A DNA stretch of 64,000 nt from assembly GCA_965113315.1 (NCBI GenBank), contig OZ220364.1; one strand, given 5' to 3'. Positions 24,001 through 37,241 of this stretch are shown here, piece after piece. Below the pieces are notes generated by a model. That model was not told the origin of the DNA and did not search any database. It was given only the letters and a program-made list of their open reading frames with translations. The stretch's first letter is position 1, and each line of letters begins with the position of its first letter. Source of the stretch: Podarcis vaucheri. Its lineage: Eukaryota. The translations under genes were made by a program, and so were the position numbers.

Positions 24001-26307
24001 CAAGATAATACCTGCTCTTCATTCTCCTATAACTTTTAACACTGTTTTAACCATGTTCGGCAACGCACCATCCCCTTCTATACACGTTATACAAATCTAG
24101 TGAAATCATGAATCACTGTGATTTCAGGGATATCACAGATTAATACAAGTCCTGCAGCAGAATCATGAGAATATTAGTTAATTAGCTACCAAGCAGCTAA
24201 TTAACAATAGGAAAGGTGTCCAAAGCAGACAAGCAAATAGGCAGAATAAATAAGGCAATTTTTAAAAAAAGCTTTCTGTTAGTGTATGGGAAGTGGGGAC
24301 AGACTCAATATGCAGATAGGCATACCTGTGTCATCAGGGATGAACATGGAATAGATGCAAAGGCTTTACTATCCTCATATCTAAGGGTCTACATGGATGG
24401 GTGAATTCACTGAAAGGGATTTAGTGAGAAAGCAGGAATAGGATTAAAAACACAGAATAGGAAATGTGGCCCTGTCTGTTGGACAGAAGAATATTTCTTA
24501 TTTTCTGCGATCAACCAAGCGACATTGATCTGTATAGATGGATAAAGAACAACTAGCATGGGGATGTCTCAATGTCCCGTCCCCCATCCTTGTGTATTTG
24601 GATGGATGTAACAAGATCAAACCACTCCCAACTCTTTCCAGTTAATGCAACACAAAAACCCCACCCTTTGTGTTAATGAGTGCTTGCTGACACATCAACT
24701 AGGGAAACTGTTCCACCCACATCAACATCAGATATTTGTTTTTACTGTGAACTCTCCACAGGTTTAAATCTATAGTATGAGCAACACCCTTTTTCTTTAT
24801 TTCATTAGATGGGTTTCTCTTCAACGTGCAAGGTATTTTAGGACAATTTCAATGCAAAACAAATGCACAGTATTTTTGTTGTTGTGAGAAAGCTACATGT
24901 GCACTTGCCTCCAAGCCAATTGCAAACTCACTGCATTTTTTAATTTTAAAAAAATACACAAGCTACAGTATTTTGCTACTGGGAATTTGCTATTTCCTTT
25001 TATTTACCACAACTGTTGCAGGAGTGAATACTGTACTAAAAGTGATAAGCTTTATACTAAAAGTGATAAGCTTTCCTGACCCCATCATTTTGCCACTTTT
25101 TAAAAAACCTGAATCTTTCTGTATCTTCTGTATCTTTCAGGAACAAGCATATTCACACAAAATCCTGTTACACAGAGAGAGAGAGAGAGATTTGTAGAGC
25201 AGCATGGCTGCCCCTTCTTTTTGTCATGCAATACCTTTCTAGAATAATTCATTTTATTTTCCTTAGAATTTAATTATGGTTTTGAGTGAAGGTTTTGAGC
25301 CCCCCACCCCTCTGAAATGGAGTGGTGGAGGAAAGGCTATTCCCTGCAACAATATTCCTGTTCCTCTAGCGTTTCATGTGTGAAGGGTATCATGTCAACT
25401 TGTGCAGGATCAGAGCCAGCATTAACAGCAAGGACTATTACATCCAATTACTTTTGTGATTTGGTAAAAGTCCTCACTTTTTCAGTGGTGAAAACATTTT
25501 TTTATTTAATGTAATTAGACCCACTATGCCAAAATTTGACCTTATAACCCCAAAAAGAATTCTAGGCCACAAAATGCAAGGGGCGGGGGAATATCTCATA
25601 AACCTCACAGGTCAGACTCTCTAAAAAGGACTGTGTTTCAAGAGATTCACAGTGGCCAGAGGTGACAGGGTTCAGCCTTGGTGAAGTGATGGGGGAAATC
25701 TTGCATCTAGTAAGTGTAATTTAGATGGCAATAAATCCTCTGGACCAAAGGACGAAAACAGATCTGGGTATATTAATAGATGCAGCATTTAAATCCCCGT
25801 CCCCTCAGACAGCAACAGGGATGTCTCATGCTTTCTCGCAGGACTGTGGTACCTTATGAGTGTGGAAAACAGTGCAGGTTTCCAAAGCCATTAAGTTGGC
25901 TTCCACAGTCCTATGTATAAGGTGTAAAAAGACAAGTGTTCCATGTTGTTAATTCACGTACCAGGACTTACTCTTCCAGTTCCATACTCACAATCACTTA
26001 AGCTGAATAGAATCCCCCACTGCTCATGTAAGTGTATGCTAAAAGGATGGGGAAAGCACACTATTTCACAACTTTTGATCATTGAGTATGGCTGGGTAAG
26101 AGGTGACAAGCTCATCTCAAGAGACCATGAGCATGTGCCCTGAAGATCCACAACAACGGGAATCATGCAAAAACAAGATGACATGCAATCCATCTACAAA
26201 TACAGCCGCCACGTTAAGTAGAAGGCAGAACGTAGGGATTGGCAGCTGGAGGCCCAGGGACAAAATCCAAGATGGCAAATGAATAGTCATTTAGCTGCAG
26301 ACCAAGA

Positions 26308-26308
<1 letters not shown>

Positions 26309-26345
<37 letters not shown>
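26309..26345. repeat. (AC)n microsatellite
   Basis: ~18 AC units. Confidence 0.95.
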
Positions 26346-26347
<2 letters not shown>

Positions 26348-27051
26348 ACCTAGGACACTTTATTCCCAAGCACCCACACTGGGGTTAGTTTCTGTACTCG
26401 GTTAGTGATAAACTGCCTTGTGAAACCCAGCCATACAGACGGGGTATAAATAATACATTATATCATTATTTTTATTATTATTGCTTCATTCACTCGCTTT
26501 CCACAAGGCACCCACATGATGTCAGCATCCAATTGTTGTCCCCCCATGTTTCTTCTATGGTTCTTCTGCCTTTTCTCGGAGATCAGAATATCTGCTTTTA
26601 ATTTTTTACTAGAACTGGTTGCAGTTTTTCTGCACACGCAGATGCCATAGCTAGGCTTTTCCAAATCCAATGTGTGTGGTGTCTTATCGGGCAGGTGAAC
26701 ATATCAGCAGTATCACACATCCACTATCACCTCTATAAGGGGCATCATTTTATCAAGAATTCTTTGTTATTCCCTTAGTTCCGATCATTAGCATCAAGAC
26801 ACTTTTTTGGCCATACTTATTTAAAAAGTTAAGTTCTCCACACAATAATGACAAAATGAAAGTGCCATGGTGCTAGCTTTTAAGATTTAAGACTCACCCC
26901 TCTTTCTCTTCATTGCCATCATTTCAGCACTGCAGATTTTCCCTATCACTTTTAAAGACCTAAAGGTGATCTCATTATTGCACTTAAAAACTAAAAAAAC
27001 TGACTATAGGAAATGGCTGCCCAAATGTCTTTGTCCTCCTTTACCCATATA

Positions 27052-27312
27052 CAGTGGTGCCTCGCAAGACGAAATTAATCCGTTCCGCGAGTCTCTTCGT
27101 CTTGCGGTTTTTTCGTCTTGCGAAGCACGGCTATTAGTGGCTTAGCGGCTTTAAGAAAAAGGAAACAAACTTGCAAGAACTCGCAAGACGTTTCGTCTTG
27201 CGAAGCAAGCCCATAGGGAAATTCGTCTTGCGGAACAACTCAAAAAACGGAAAACTCTTTCGTCTTGCGCGTTTTTCGTCTTGTGAGGCATTCGTCTTGC
27301 GGGGCACCACTG
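27052..27312. mobile_element. Tc1/mariner-type MITE, family B
   Basis: TA|CAGTGGTGCCTCGCAAGACG...CGTCTTGCGGGGCACCACTG|TA; multiple internal TTCGTCTTGCG units; second copy at 63252. Confidence 0.85.
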
Positions 27313-29761
27313 TAGTTGTGTGACGCACAGTAATGTGGATTGTTCATAGCAGGATATACACATATAAAAGTTTCCCCCACCATGTTAATTTTGTATTTTT
27401 AAAATATAGCATTATAAATTCTCTGGTCAAAGTCCATACCAAGCCCATCACTCTTGGGTGATTAAGGGTCAATTTACATGATAAAATGTTTATGTTGAGA
27501 AATCAACATGAGCTGATTTGTTCCATATAATCTCATCACATTCCAGTTGTGCCCACATTTGGAATATTTTTTGGGGTGGGTGAATAGCAAAGGTGTCTGG
27601 TCTAACAATGCAGCCACTCAGGTAAGAGGTTGCATGGGACACTGCCCAGTCAAATCAAAGGAAAGACTCAAATTATGTAGGTGTAACTTCACACAGCCAC
27701 ATGGGTTAGCACTAATGAATGACCATTCTGTAGCCTTTTCAACAGAAGGGACAGATGTGATCAGCACATTTACAGTCTTTGGCATCCCTACACAATGGGT
27801 TGAGGACTAACATCTATCCTCAAAGATTCACGAAGCACTGCATATTCCTGTATCTATACCTGTATCATCAAAAAGCTGGGGCAGGAGGACTAATTCTGAG
27901 GCTGATAATATTTTCTGAAATCTATAAACCCTTTACACATCCCAAAATATCTGGTGAAGAACAAGGGACATAACTACATATTACCAAAAACAACATGTCT
28001 GGTTCTCCTTGTTTTCCTCAAAAATGGGGGGGGGGGCTAGACACAGGGCTGTTTTGGGCTGTAACCACATTTTCCCTGAGGCAGCATTGCACTAAAGCAT
28101 AATCTATTAAACACAAGAAAGAGCAATAATGATTAATGGAAAGAAGTAACCTCTATGGACTAACCCCACAAATAGAATGTAAACCTATCCCAAGTAAAGA
28201 TTTACACTTTCAGAGTGTCTTGGAAAACTGCCCTCTTTGTTTAGCTTGGATCAACAAATAAGATCTCACTTAATTGGGTTAATTCCCATGTTGGCTTCAT
28301 ATTTCAGCCAGAAAAAGAAACCCTGAAATACTGCATGGAGGGAAGTGCATGGTTCAAGGTGCTGAAGGATTTACTGAAACCATCCCGTTTATCATTATCA
28401 CACCACGGGCAACCTTTATTTTCTTCATTTGATCTTCTATATCTTCCTTGACGTCTCCTTGGCACTATGCTCCATGTTGCTTTCATAGCTACGTTTTTGT
28501 GCTGCCTGTTGGCAGAGAAACACACTCTGTTCTAATCCAATTCATGACACGACATTTGGTCAAAGTAAACAAACTGGTCAGGCTGGGTGCAAATATTGCC
28601 CACTTCAATCAAGACTGGCAAAAGCACGCAGCAAGTTGGGTATGATTTCAAAGCTAGCATAAAGATATATTTGGGAAAGCAGACTGAGATAAAATATCCA
28701 CAGCACAGCAAACTACTGAGGATTCAAGCGTTACCGCATTTGGGGGTGCTGATTCAGTTTGCAGCGGTAGGAAAATCCTGCTTATCCAACTAAAGGTAAT
28801 AATATCACCTGCAGCCAGATTACAGTGTGAAAATAATGTTAGCTTCCTGTTGACCCTACAGGCACCACTGCTCCAGTTCCCAGACTTCAAGGAGGAAAAA
28901 TACCTTACTAAGCAACACTCCCTACCCTGTTGCCTTAGGGAAAATGGATGTCTGAAAGTCTCCACCATTCTGCTGCAGAGGCACACATGTGTTTTGTGCA
29001 CACAAAAACTTCTTAAGGTGTCAGCTAAGACTACTCAACATAACCCAACACCAGATAAACCCCGTGCTAACCCTATTAAGCACCAGTATTCCAAGGATAG
29101 GAAACACTGTAGGTGCCTGCTGCCAATCACACAGAAAATGACCATTTCATTAGCCAAGGAAATAACAAGTTGTGAGAGAGGCCTTGCTTCATAGTAGGTG
29201 TCACCTCATAGCTAACATGAAGCACTTTCCCCAAGCAGCCTGCAACTCCACCTCCTTCACAGCACGATGTGAACACCCTTCTAAGGTGCACAAAATAATG
29301 TGTATCCAAATGGCAACTGTTTACCAAGCACTAGGATATCTTTCTGAAGACTGATAGCTAAATACATCACACCTAAGGGACTAGATATTTCATAGTTCCT
29401 TCTCCCCTACAGGATTGCAAAAGGGACTTGAATGCCCTTCTGGAGGCTTAACCATCACAACAGCATCAGGTTAGGTTGAACTGTAAATTACTCCAGACAG
29501 ACTAAGTTGCAACTAGCCCAGCACCAATGGAGAGTAATAGTCAAGTAAAAACAGAGGAAGCCACCAAGCACTGCCGTTGGGCAACAAAAGGAATGAAACC
29601 CCTTCCTTTTGAGAAAATTCACTCTGGCTCAGGTGAAGCAGTTCAGAACAATGAGAACATGGAACTCAAAGAAAGATTGGTAAGCAAGTCCTGTTCATAG
29701 GAACCCAGCTAGAGATGCAGGATAAATTCTCAGAGCAGAATGTCAAAATGACTAACCAGAT

Positions 29762-29767
29762 TTTATT
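29762..29767 (-). terminator. Candidate MCRIP1 polyadenylation signal
   Basis: AATAAA on minus strand ~970 nt after the stop. Confidence 0.65.
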
Positions 29768-30730
29768 TACAACACTCCTTAAAAGACAGACACAGACCAA
29801 GAGGGGACATTACAAAGGGAAAAGAACAGCCACCATGCCCCTTGCCTACCCAACTCTGAGCAGGGTCCCCAACATCACTGCCTGAGCTGGACACAAACAT
29901 GGGCACTACTGCCACTTGCCAGTGCCCAGCACACACCAAGGCTGTCCCCAGCCCTGCTGGGGCACAGGGGCTGGGCTCTGGGGCTAGCTCAGAAATGCTA
30001 CCTGCCCCCCTGGCTGGGGCTGCAAGTCAGCAGAGTGTAAAGACAGCAGAACCTGGAGTACCTGCTCAGCTCAAAATAAGGGAGTCGACTCAGTTTTATC
30101 CTATACAACAGAATCCCAAAAGAGTTTTCCCTTGGGAGACTTTGTACCTGGGTCCCTCAGCCTCTATCTTCAGCGTTTCGCCATTATTGTGCCACAGAGC
30201 TGAGCAGATAGCATATGGAGATCGTAGCACAACACTCTTTCATCCTCCAGTCTAAAAGCTCAGGTACTGTATGAGGAGTCAGTCTGAATTCTCACAATGT
30301 ATTGATAGGGTGGACTACGAAAACCCATATTGCTTCTGTCCCATCATTCTCTCTTAGCCTTGCCCTAAGAAGGGCTGGGCTTTGAGACAGGTATAGGGAG
30401 AGATTAGATATTGTTCCTGATTCTTCTGCCTTATTCCACACTCCTAAAACAGACAGGGTACACACCAACCTCTTGGCCACCATCAGAGTAAAATGTCATT
30501 TACTAAGGGGAAAAGGTAATTTCTGGGGCCAATTGTAGAATGAAGGCAGGCAGGCCAGGCCAGGCCAAGGGAAGCTGTGAAGAAAAGGCAAGAAGCCTAT
30601 CCTTCCTTAGGGAATTCAGAGCCAGCCCCAGGCACAAGCCAGACCAAAGGAGGAAACCAACACAAAGTCATCAAATTCATGTACCAGTGGCCACACGCCA
30701 GCACTTGGGGCTGAGGCAGGCCAAGCCATT

Positions 30731-30795
30731 TTAGGATTTCTTAGCATCCTGTGTGTTCCGCCGCTTTAGGTCACTCAAGTCAACAGGTCTGAAAG
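30731..30795 (-). CDS. MCRIP1: MCRIP1 last coding exon
   Basis: ttgacag|CT; FRPVDLSDLKRRNTQDAKKS then TAA. Confidence 0.95.
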
Positions 30796-33309
30796 CTGTC
30801 AAAAAAGAAGAAAGGAGACACAATTTAGGGTAAGATTCCTGACTACCAACATTGTGTTCCATCAATACTCCCTCCAGTCTGCCTTGATAAGAACAAAGAT
30901 GCTAGCCTCCCCACCATCACCTAACAGTTAGTACCCTAAATTGGAATTCAGATCACAGGTAACCTACACACCTAATTAAATGGTTTGAGTTGGTACCCCA
31001 GACCTATTCAACACAGCAGGTCATTACTACAACCCAAACCCAAGGGGTCTCCAGTTCTACCTAGAATGATAACCTAAATTCTGCAACCAGAAAATCTCTA
31101 ATATGCAAGAAAGTAGGTACATCTATATTCATGTACGTAATCAAATTCATAGACTATAACACTACCACTATATGTTTCCAAATATCCTCCTATACAAGAG
31201 AGTTTTCACCGTATGTCAGAAGAGCAAGAAAGATGAGGACAAATGGGCTTCCAAAGGGAACAAATGTCAGAGCCTGGGGCCAACTGCTGAAAAGCCCCTT
31301 TCATGCATAGCCATCCAGCTCAACCCCAGAGAGACCCGGAACAGGGCCTGAATGGAGTCAATAGACAGATCTGTATTGGAGCGATCAGTCCAGGTCATAT
31401 AAACCTTTAAAAGTCAACACCAGCACTTTGAACTGAGCCCAGAAACTATCTGGAAACCAATGACAACAATGCTTCTAGTGACAGGTTTCAGTTAGGATTC
31501 TTTCAGCTGTATCTTGCACTCTATGTTTTCAAATGCTCTGCAAAGCCAGTCCTACATCAAAGTAATCTAAACTGGATGTCACCATGACTAAATTAGACCT
31601 TTCTTTGAAAGGGGAAAAGCTAGCAAAAGAAAACTCACTTTTCAGACTGGGGTTTGGCATCTTCTCCACATACTCCTCCACAAGTCCCCGTTCACCACTT
31701 GCCATCTGATTGCGGAGATCCCGCTCCACACACTGCCATGCTGCAGAGAAGGGGAACAGTTAAAGTGGGGATAAAACTTCACATGGAGAATACGGAAGAA
31801 CCCTTTCCTTTAGCCCAAGAGTACTGCCAGCTTTTGGCACCCTAAGACAGCCTAGACACCAAGCAGTGGTCCCACCCTTACTACTGGAGAAGTCTTTAAA
31901 TGCAAATAAAGAAGCAGGGAGGCAATGACAAATGTTTGTAATGCTGGATGCAGAATCAGAAGACAAGTCTCACATACCCTCAGAACTATCCGTCAGTTCC
32001 AAGAGTTGGATTCATATCTAAACATTCCAATGAGTCTCATCTTCATTTTCTTCACTTTCCCGCACCCATCTTAAATACACGAGTAAGGAAAAAATAACAC
32101 CAGAACTGGCAACCGCATGAGAAACATATGTTATATACAGGGTAAGAGGTAAGGAAATGTGCTACTGACTCAGTGGAGATGCAGCAACTGAAGAGATCAG
32201 CCTTCTCAAATGTAAATACTGCACCTTCAGAGATGAAACGCACATTCTCCTCATGTGCAGGAGTGAAGATCTCACTGCTGTTGCTTGGGGAGCGAGGGCT
32301 GCTGTTTCTCTTGCCATTGTATACAACTCGGGAGACAGGAGAACTGGAAGTGCAGTGGAGACCCCAGTGAGAGAGGAAACAAGACACTGATCTTTGCCAC
32401 AAATAAAGAAGCAAAAAAGGAAGATTTATACTAACTATCCTGGCAAAAGGATCCTTTAGCTCTACAGACCATTCAATGTGGCTGCTATTACGCTTTTCAG
32501 AGAGTGTGACCAATACAGACTGCAGTTGTGCTTAGTTGTCATTTACATCAGGAGTAGGCAGACTTCAGGCATGCAAAATCTACTACTTTTTTAAACTAGA
32601 GCTCAATGATCCAACTATCACAGCCAGCTCACAAGAGTTGCACACTTAGAATTGAAGAACACTGAGCTCAGGAATTTGTTTTGAATATGAGCACTGAACT
32701 AAACTGAGCTCACAGTCCTTCTATATAAAAATCTACCTTGGGTTACCCCACCCTTTTCATCACTTGAGCCACATTACTTCGGAGGGATGGTCATTTTGTT
32801 ATTGTCAGTGCCAAGCAACTGGGAATCAAAAATCCTTACCGCTCTACATCAAATCACCCCGAGATCTATTCTGATATCCCTATGGCAGACCCCTGATTAG
32901 CATGACACCTTCTTATGTACAAAATGTTAAACAGTTATTGTTTCAGACTCAAAACTAAAGTTATATAAATAAAGAATAGACGCTTGGAGGAACTGACATC
33001 CAAACATTACCTAGTGAAGCTTGGTGGGGAGGTGAACACAAAGACCCATGCTAATGACCAGTTAAAGGTTCAATCAATTATATCCATTTACCTTTATTGC
33101 CCACACCATTCCTGAACCACTGTCAGCAGGTAGCAACACAGAAAGATTTTTGGTACATAACCATGGTATACACAACCACCAAAGACAGCAAAATCAGCAC
33201 TGTGGGTTGAAAGTCTCCAATCATCGAGGAGTCAATACATTCTGACAGCCCGCTCAGTATTAACACAAGTTCAATTCTCACAGCCTCATAACTTTTCTCA
33301 CCTCGTCAT
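30731..33309 (-). CDS. MCRIP1: MAPK-regulated corepressor-interacting protein 1 (FAM195B), complete, 97 aa; complement(join(33302-33309,32225-32343,31639-31740,30731-30795))
   Basis: 294-nt spliced CDS: MTSSPVSRVVYNGKRNSSPRSPSNSSEIFTPAHEENVRFISEAWQCVERDLRNQMASGERGLVEEYVEKMPNPSLKTFRPVDLSDLKRRNTQDAKKS; PxDLS CtBP-binding motif (PVDLS) and SP/TP ERK sites. Confidence 0.96.
31639..31740 (-). CDS. MCRIP1: MCRIP1 coding exon 3 (102 bp)
   Basis: ctgcag|CA...AAAA|gtgag; WQCVERDL...EEYVEKMPNPSLK. Confidence 0.95.
32225..32343 (-). CDS. MCRIP1: MCRIP1 coding exon 2 (119 bp)
   Basis: ttccag|T...GAAG|gtgca; SPVSRVVYNGKR...HEENVRFISE. Confidence 0.95.
33302..33309 (-). CDS. MCRIP1: MCRIP1 start-codon exon (coding part; whole exon 33302-33362)
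   Basis: tgttttag|CACC...GCAGCC ATG ACG AG|gtgag, Kozak gccATG. Confidence 0.88.
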
Positions 33310-33619
33310 GGCTGCCTCTTTCCCAGCCCTGGCCCAAGTCCTGGATGTGTGGCTTGGCGGTGCTAAAACAAAGACAAGACACTGAGCTCAATGGGGACGG
33401 ACCCTCAATAAATCCCACGGGTGGGGACAAATTGCTCCGGTAACCGACTTTGGGTGGAAGCATCTATGCCCACCTCTGCTATTACATTTAAGGAGATTGC
33501 AGCATCTTACAGGCATAGAAAGCAGGATCCCAACCACCCTCCTACCACACTACCGATAAGTCCCACCCCATCGCTAAAAATCCCCGAATGTGTCAAAAAG
33601 CCCTGGAGCCCCCCCCCCG

Positions 33620-34410
33620 ACCACCACTTCGGGACCCCACCGCCCTCCCCCCTGCTCCGAGTCCAGTTCCTAGAGGCACCTGCGCCTTGGGGAACCCCAA
33701 TACTTCCCTCAACAACCCCCCCTCCAATCCGCAACCCCACGCTACCCTCAGGCACGGAGATGGGATGTCAAGCTTCCTGAGGGAGGTGCGGGGAGAGGGA
33801 GGCCCAAGCAGCCACGCTTCTCCCGGCCCCGAACGACAACAAGGCAGGCGTGGAGTTTGGGGACTGCGCTACTAGGCCCAGAGGAACAGAAAGGGAGCAC
33901 TTCCACGGGGGACCAGGGAAGAAAGGGCGCCCCACTCGCCGCGGCCCCACCCTCAATTCCCCACCCCGCAACCTTCTTCACCTGGGCCCGGGTTAAGTCC
34001 CGGCTTCTCTCGCTGCTGCCAGGCCCGGGGCGGAAGAGAGCGCCTAGGCCGGGCTGCGCGTGCGCACTGCGGGCGAATGGGCCCGGGTAGCCCCTGCACC
34101 TAGTACCCGAGAGAGGAGGTTTCCATGGAAACGCAGCGGCTGGGCAGGGAGGGGTATCCATGGAAACGGGATTGAGGGGTGGGGAAGAGAAGCTCTGGGA
34201 GACGCGGGAGAGGGCGGGGCGGGTCTCCAGAAACGGGAAAGTGGGGTAGAAGCCGGAGCGGGACGGAGGCTTCTTAAAAGAGATCGCCTTTCCCTCCTTT
34301 GTGAGCTTCGGGAAGTCGGCATTGCCCAAAGCAGAGTCGCCGCTTCCCAGGCTTGGGTCAGGATCTAACTGAGCGCTACCCCCCCACCCCCACCCCAGTT
34401 TACCGTGTGC
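33620..34410 (-). promoter_or_regulatory. CpG-island promoter and non-coding first exon of MCRIP1 (donor CAG|gtgaag, exon ends at 33982)
   Basis: The most extended GC/CpG-dense stretch in the window. NRF1 motif TGCGCACGCGCA (34055-34066, - strand), GC boxes (34027, 34212), ETS-like CGGAAG, two X-box palindromes (34119-34132, 34154-34167). Confidence 0.8.
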
Positions 34411-36471
34411 CCCGTTTTGTGGACATTTGAGGCTTCTCTCCACATCCTGTTTTCATAATCATTACGCTCTAAATCTACGCCAACTAAGTGTGGACAGTTC
34501 TGTGATTAGGGGGTGGGTGGGAATCATTTACATGATTTCACACGTTTACATTAACATTTTCCGTGTTTGTATTCGAATTGCAATCTGAAAAGAGCCTTCT
34601 CCAGTTTTCCGAGATCTAGCTCTGTTTGGGATGGCATTTAGGATGCATGGCTGACAGAAAGGATGGCGAAATTTCCCATTAATTAGGAAATGTTATTGTT
34701 TTTCTGGTGTAGGATTAATTTTAGACCTTGCCCAAGCCTTCAGGATAGGGCACACTATATATACATTGACACTTTCAAATAGCAATACAAAAGCAATCCC
34801 TTCCTCTCTCACACACTTGTAGTATCTTTTAAAAATCATTTTTAACTTACCCATTTGAATGGGTTTTTGCCATTACACAGTGTTCTATAGAAGCATTTTA
34901 AAGTGCTGCATTCGGAAGGGGAATCATGGGAGTGGAGACTTCCTGGTTTAGTACAACTCCAACTCATTAGGAACTAAGGTTTCAACAAAAGTCTCCTAAA
35001 TTTAACCAAACAAATGTAGGTAAAAATAAGAGAAAACTACTTGTTTTTGCTTACTAGACAAGGGCAGATCAAAGATCCTTGCAGGACACTGAAGCCCTGA
35101 CTTCTGACCAATCCTGTACAACACCTTGCTTATCATCTTATTGGGCATTGTCTGTGCCTATCATCTATTGCCAGGGCTAAAAGTTATTTAAAAGTAAAGC
35201 TGAGGATCTCGGGATGTTGAGCAGTGTCCCCAAACTTAATGCATGTGCAGTGTATTATAGAGTGAGCCCTGACAATAGCTCTGCATGGTGATGTATGCTT
35301 AGATGGCAACCACAGTGACACCTAACCAAATATGTAGGAAGCCTGAAGCAACTGTGAGTTGTACAGAGCTGCCCTACTTCTGTCAAAGCATGCTGACCCA
35401 GATGGTGCAAGTGATTCACTACTGATTTTCACCAAGAGACAAACTATCCGACTGGGAAGTAGTATTTAGCACTTATCAGGTGTCTCTGAGTGGACAAACC
35501 TCCAAGCATTGACTCTTCTCCAAGAAATGCCACATCTAATTTTCTTCCCGTCTTGTTCATGCATTTGCCAAGTCATTACTAAAGCCAACTCAAGTCATTT
35601 GGGACAAAAATAGTAAGAACTTTATTACAGGCCTCTTATTCCCCTTCCAAGTGATAGGTTGCAGGAACAACACCTCTGTACCTGAAACCTATTCAGAAAG
35701 AAGCAGCCACAAACAAAAGAAGCCCTATTATTTAATTTCTTCAAACTGTGTGGTGTACCATAGACTGTGCAATTATCAGAAACATTGCACAGCTGAGGGC
35801 TAATATCCACCATCTTGCATTGCATTTCATTCTTCTGTCTTCCAGAGAAAAGAGCATGCAAAGATTCATAGAACTGTAGAGTTGGAAGGGACCACGAGGG
35901 TCATCTAGTCCAATCACCTGAGCTATAGTATGTTGCACATATTATAAGTGCTGCAAAAACCAACAACCCTCAAGTTGCATTATTTAATAATACAGAACTG
36001 TAGAATTGGAAGGGACCCCAAGGGTCATCAAGTCCAACTCCCTGCAGTGCAGGAATCTCAACATCTAATCTGAAGCCATACCAGACCCTGCTTAGCTTTG
36101 CAAATGTGCTAACAATTTTATTACTGCACCACTAGGAGGACATTGACCCTTACTTAACAGAATGAAATAACGGTGCAGCAGGGACAATGTCTAATGGACA
36201 ACTTCAAGGTTAATACAAGTCCTCCATCAAAGTTAAGCAGCTAGATGTGTATGAATGAGACCTTTGAGGCATTAGTCACTATATTTTGTTCTGCTTTTTA
36301 AGCTGTTCTACTTTTCTTTAGAATTCATTTCCTCATTTCATATCCAAAATCTCATGTGCAGCTAGGGAACAGTCTAAGGGCAACCTGGGAAACAAAGTGG
36401 CTGGGCAGGAAGTGTAGCTACCCTTCCCAAGAGTAAGGGGAATAAAAATAGCCCAAGGTTGTAGAAATTAC

Positions 36472-36477
36472 TTTATT
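36472..36477 (-). terminator. Candidate PPP1R27 polyadenylation signal
   Basis: AATAAA on minus strand ~640 nt after the stop. Confidence 0.6.
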
Positions 36478-37117
36478 GAAAAAATAAAAAGCTGTTTCAG
36501 AACCACATAAAAAATAACAGTAGAAAAGCAAATCTAGGAGCAAACATGTGAGACTTTATACATGACATTTTTAGGATAATATATACAGCAGAAAGATACC
36601 AGCTTGAAGTTGGGGCTATTTTCTTTTTGTGATAATTGTGTGAGGATTCTTCAGGCCTGAATAGGTTGAATGTCTTTGAGAAAGCACTGTTCAAATCAGT
36701 CATTGCCAGATAATAATTGGAAGGTGTATGTTCACACAAATTGGTACCCAGTCCAGTTCATTTCATAATCTCCTGTGTGAACCTCCTGCACAACAGTGCC
36801 GTTTGGGCCAGTGTGTCCCGGCCATTAGACTCATTTTAACTAAAGCCTGACCGTATCAGGTACCAGAAAATGGGCCACATGGTAGAGAAGTTTACATTTT
36901 CTGGAAGGGCTATCCCAAGCATAGCTCTCTGATAAACCCCAAGGTAGCCACTCTCATACATACACATTATAACCAAACTGTGGTCTCTTTTAGGAGGCCG
37001 TACACTCTTGCCAACATAGTAGGGGCAACTTTGCTAGCCTCCCTGCAGCATGCAACAAATGCTGCTGCCTACCATGGAGGCTGAACTCCACATGGGAAAG
37101 AGCTGAGTGGCACTAGC

Positions 37118-37241
37118 TTAGTCTACTCGGGCTGCTTTGAAAAGCTCCACAAGCTCCTTGTACTCTGGGTCAATTAGATCGGATGGCTTCTCCCCTTCAT
37201 CATTGGTAGCATCACGCTGGGCACCAAGAGAGATGAGGTAC
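37118..37241 (-). CDS. PPP1R27: PPP1R27 exon 3, coding part
   Basis: ctgcag|G; YLISLGAQRDATNDEGEKPSDLIDPEYKELVELFKAARVD then TAA. Confidence 0.95.

Noticed and set aside
33748-34443. 231-aa minus-strand ORF and overlapping ORFs in the CpG island
   Set aside because: Stop-poor GC-rich promoter DNA with low-complexity Pro/Gly/Arg translation; non-ATG start
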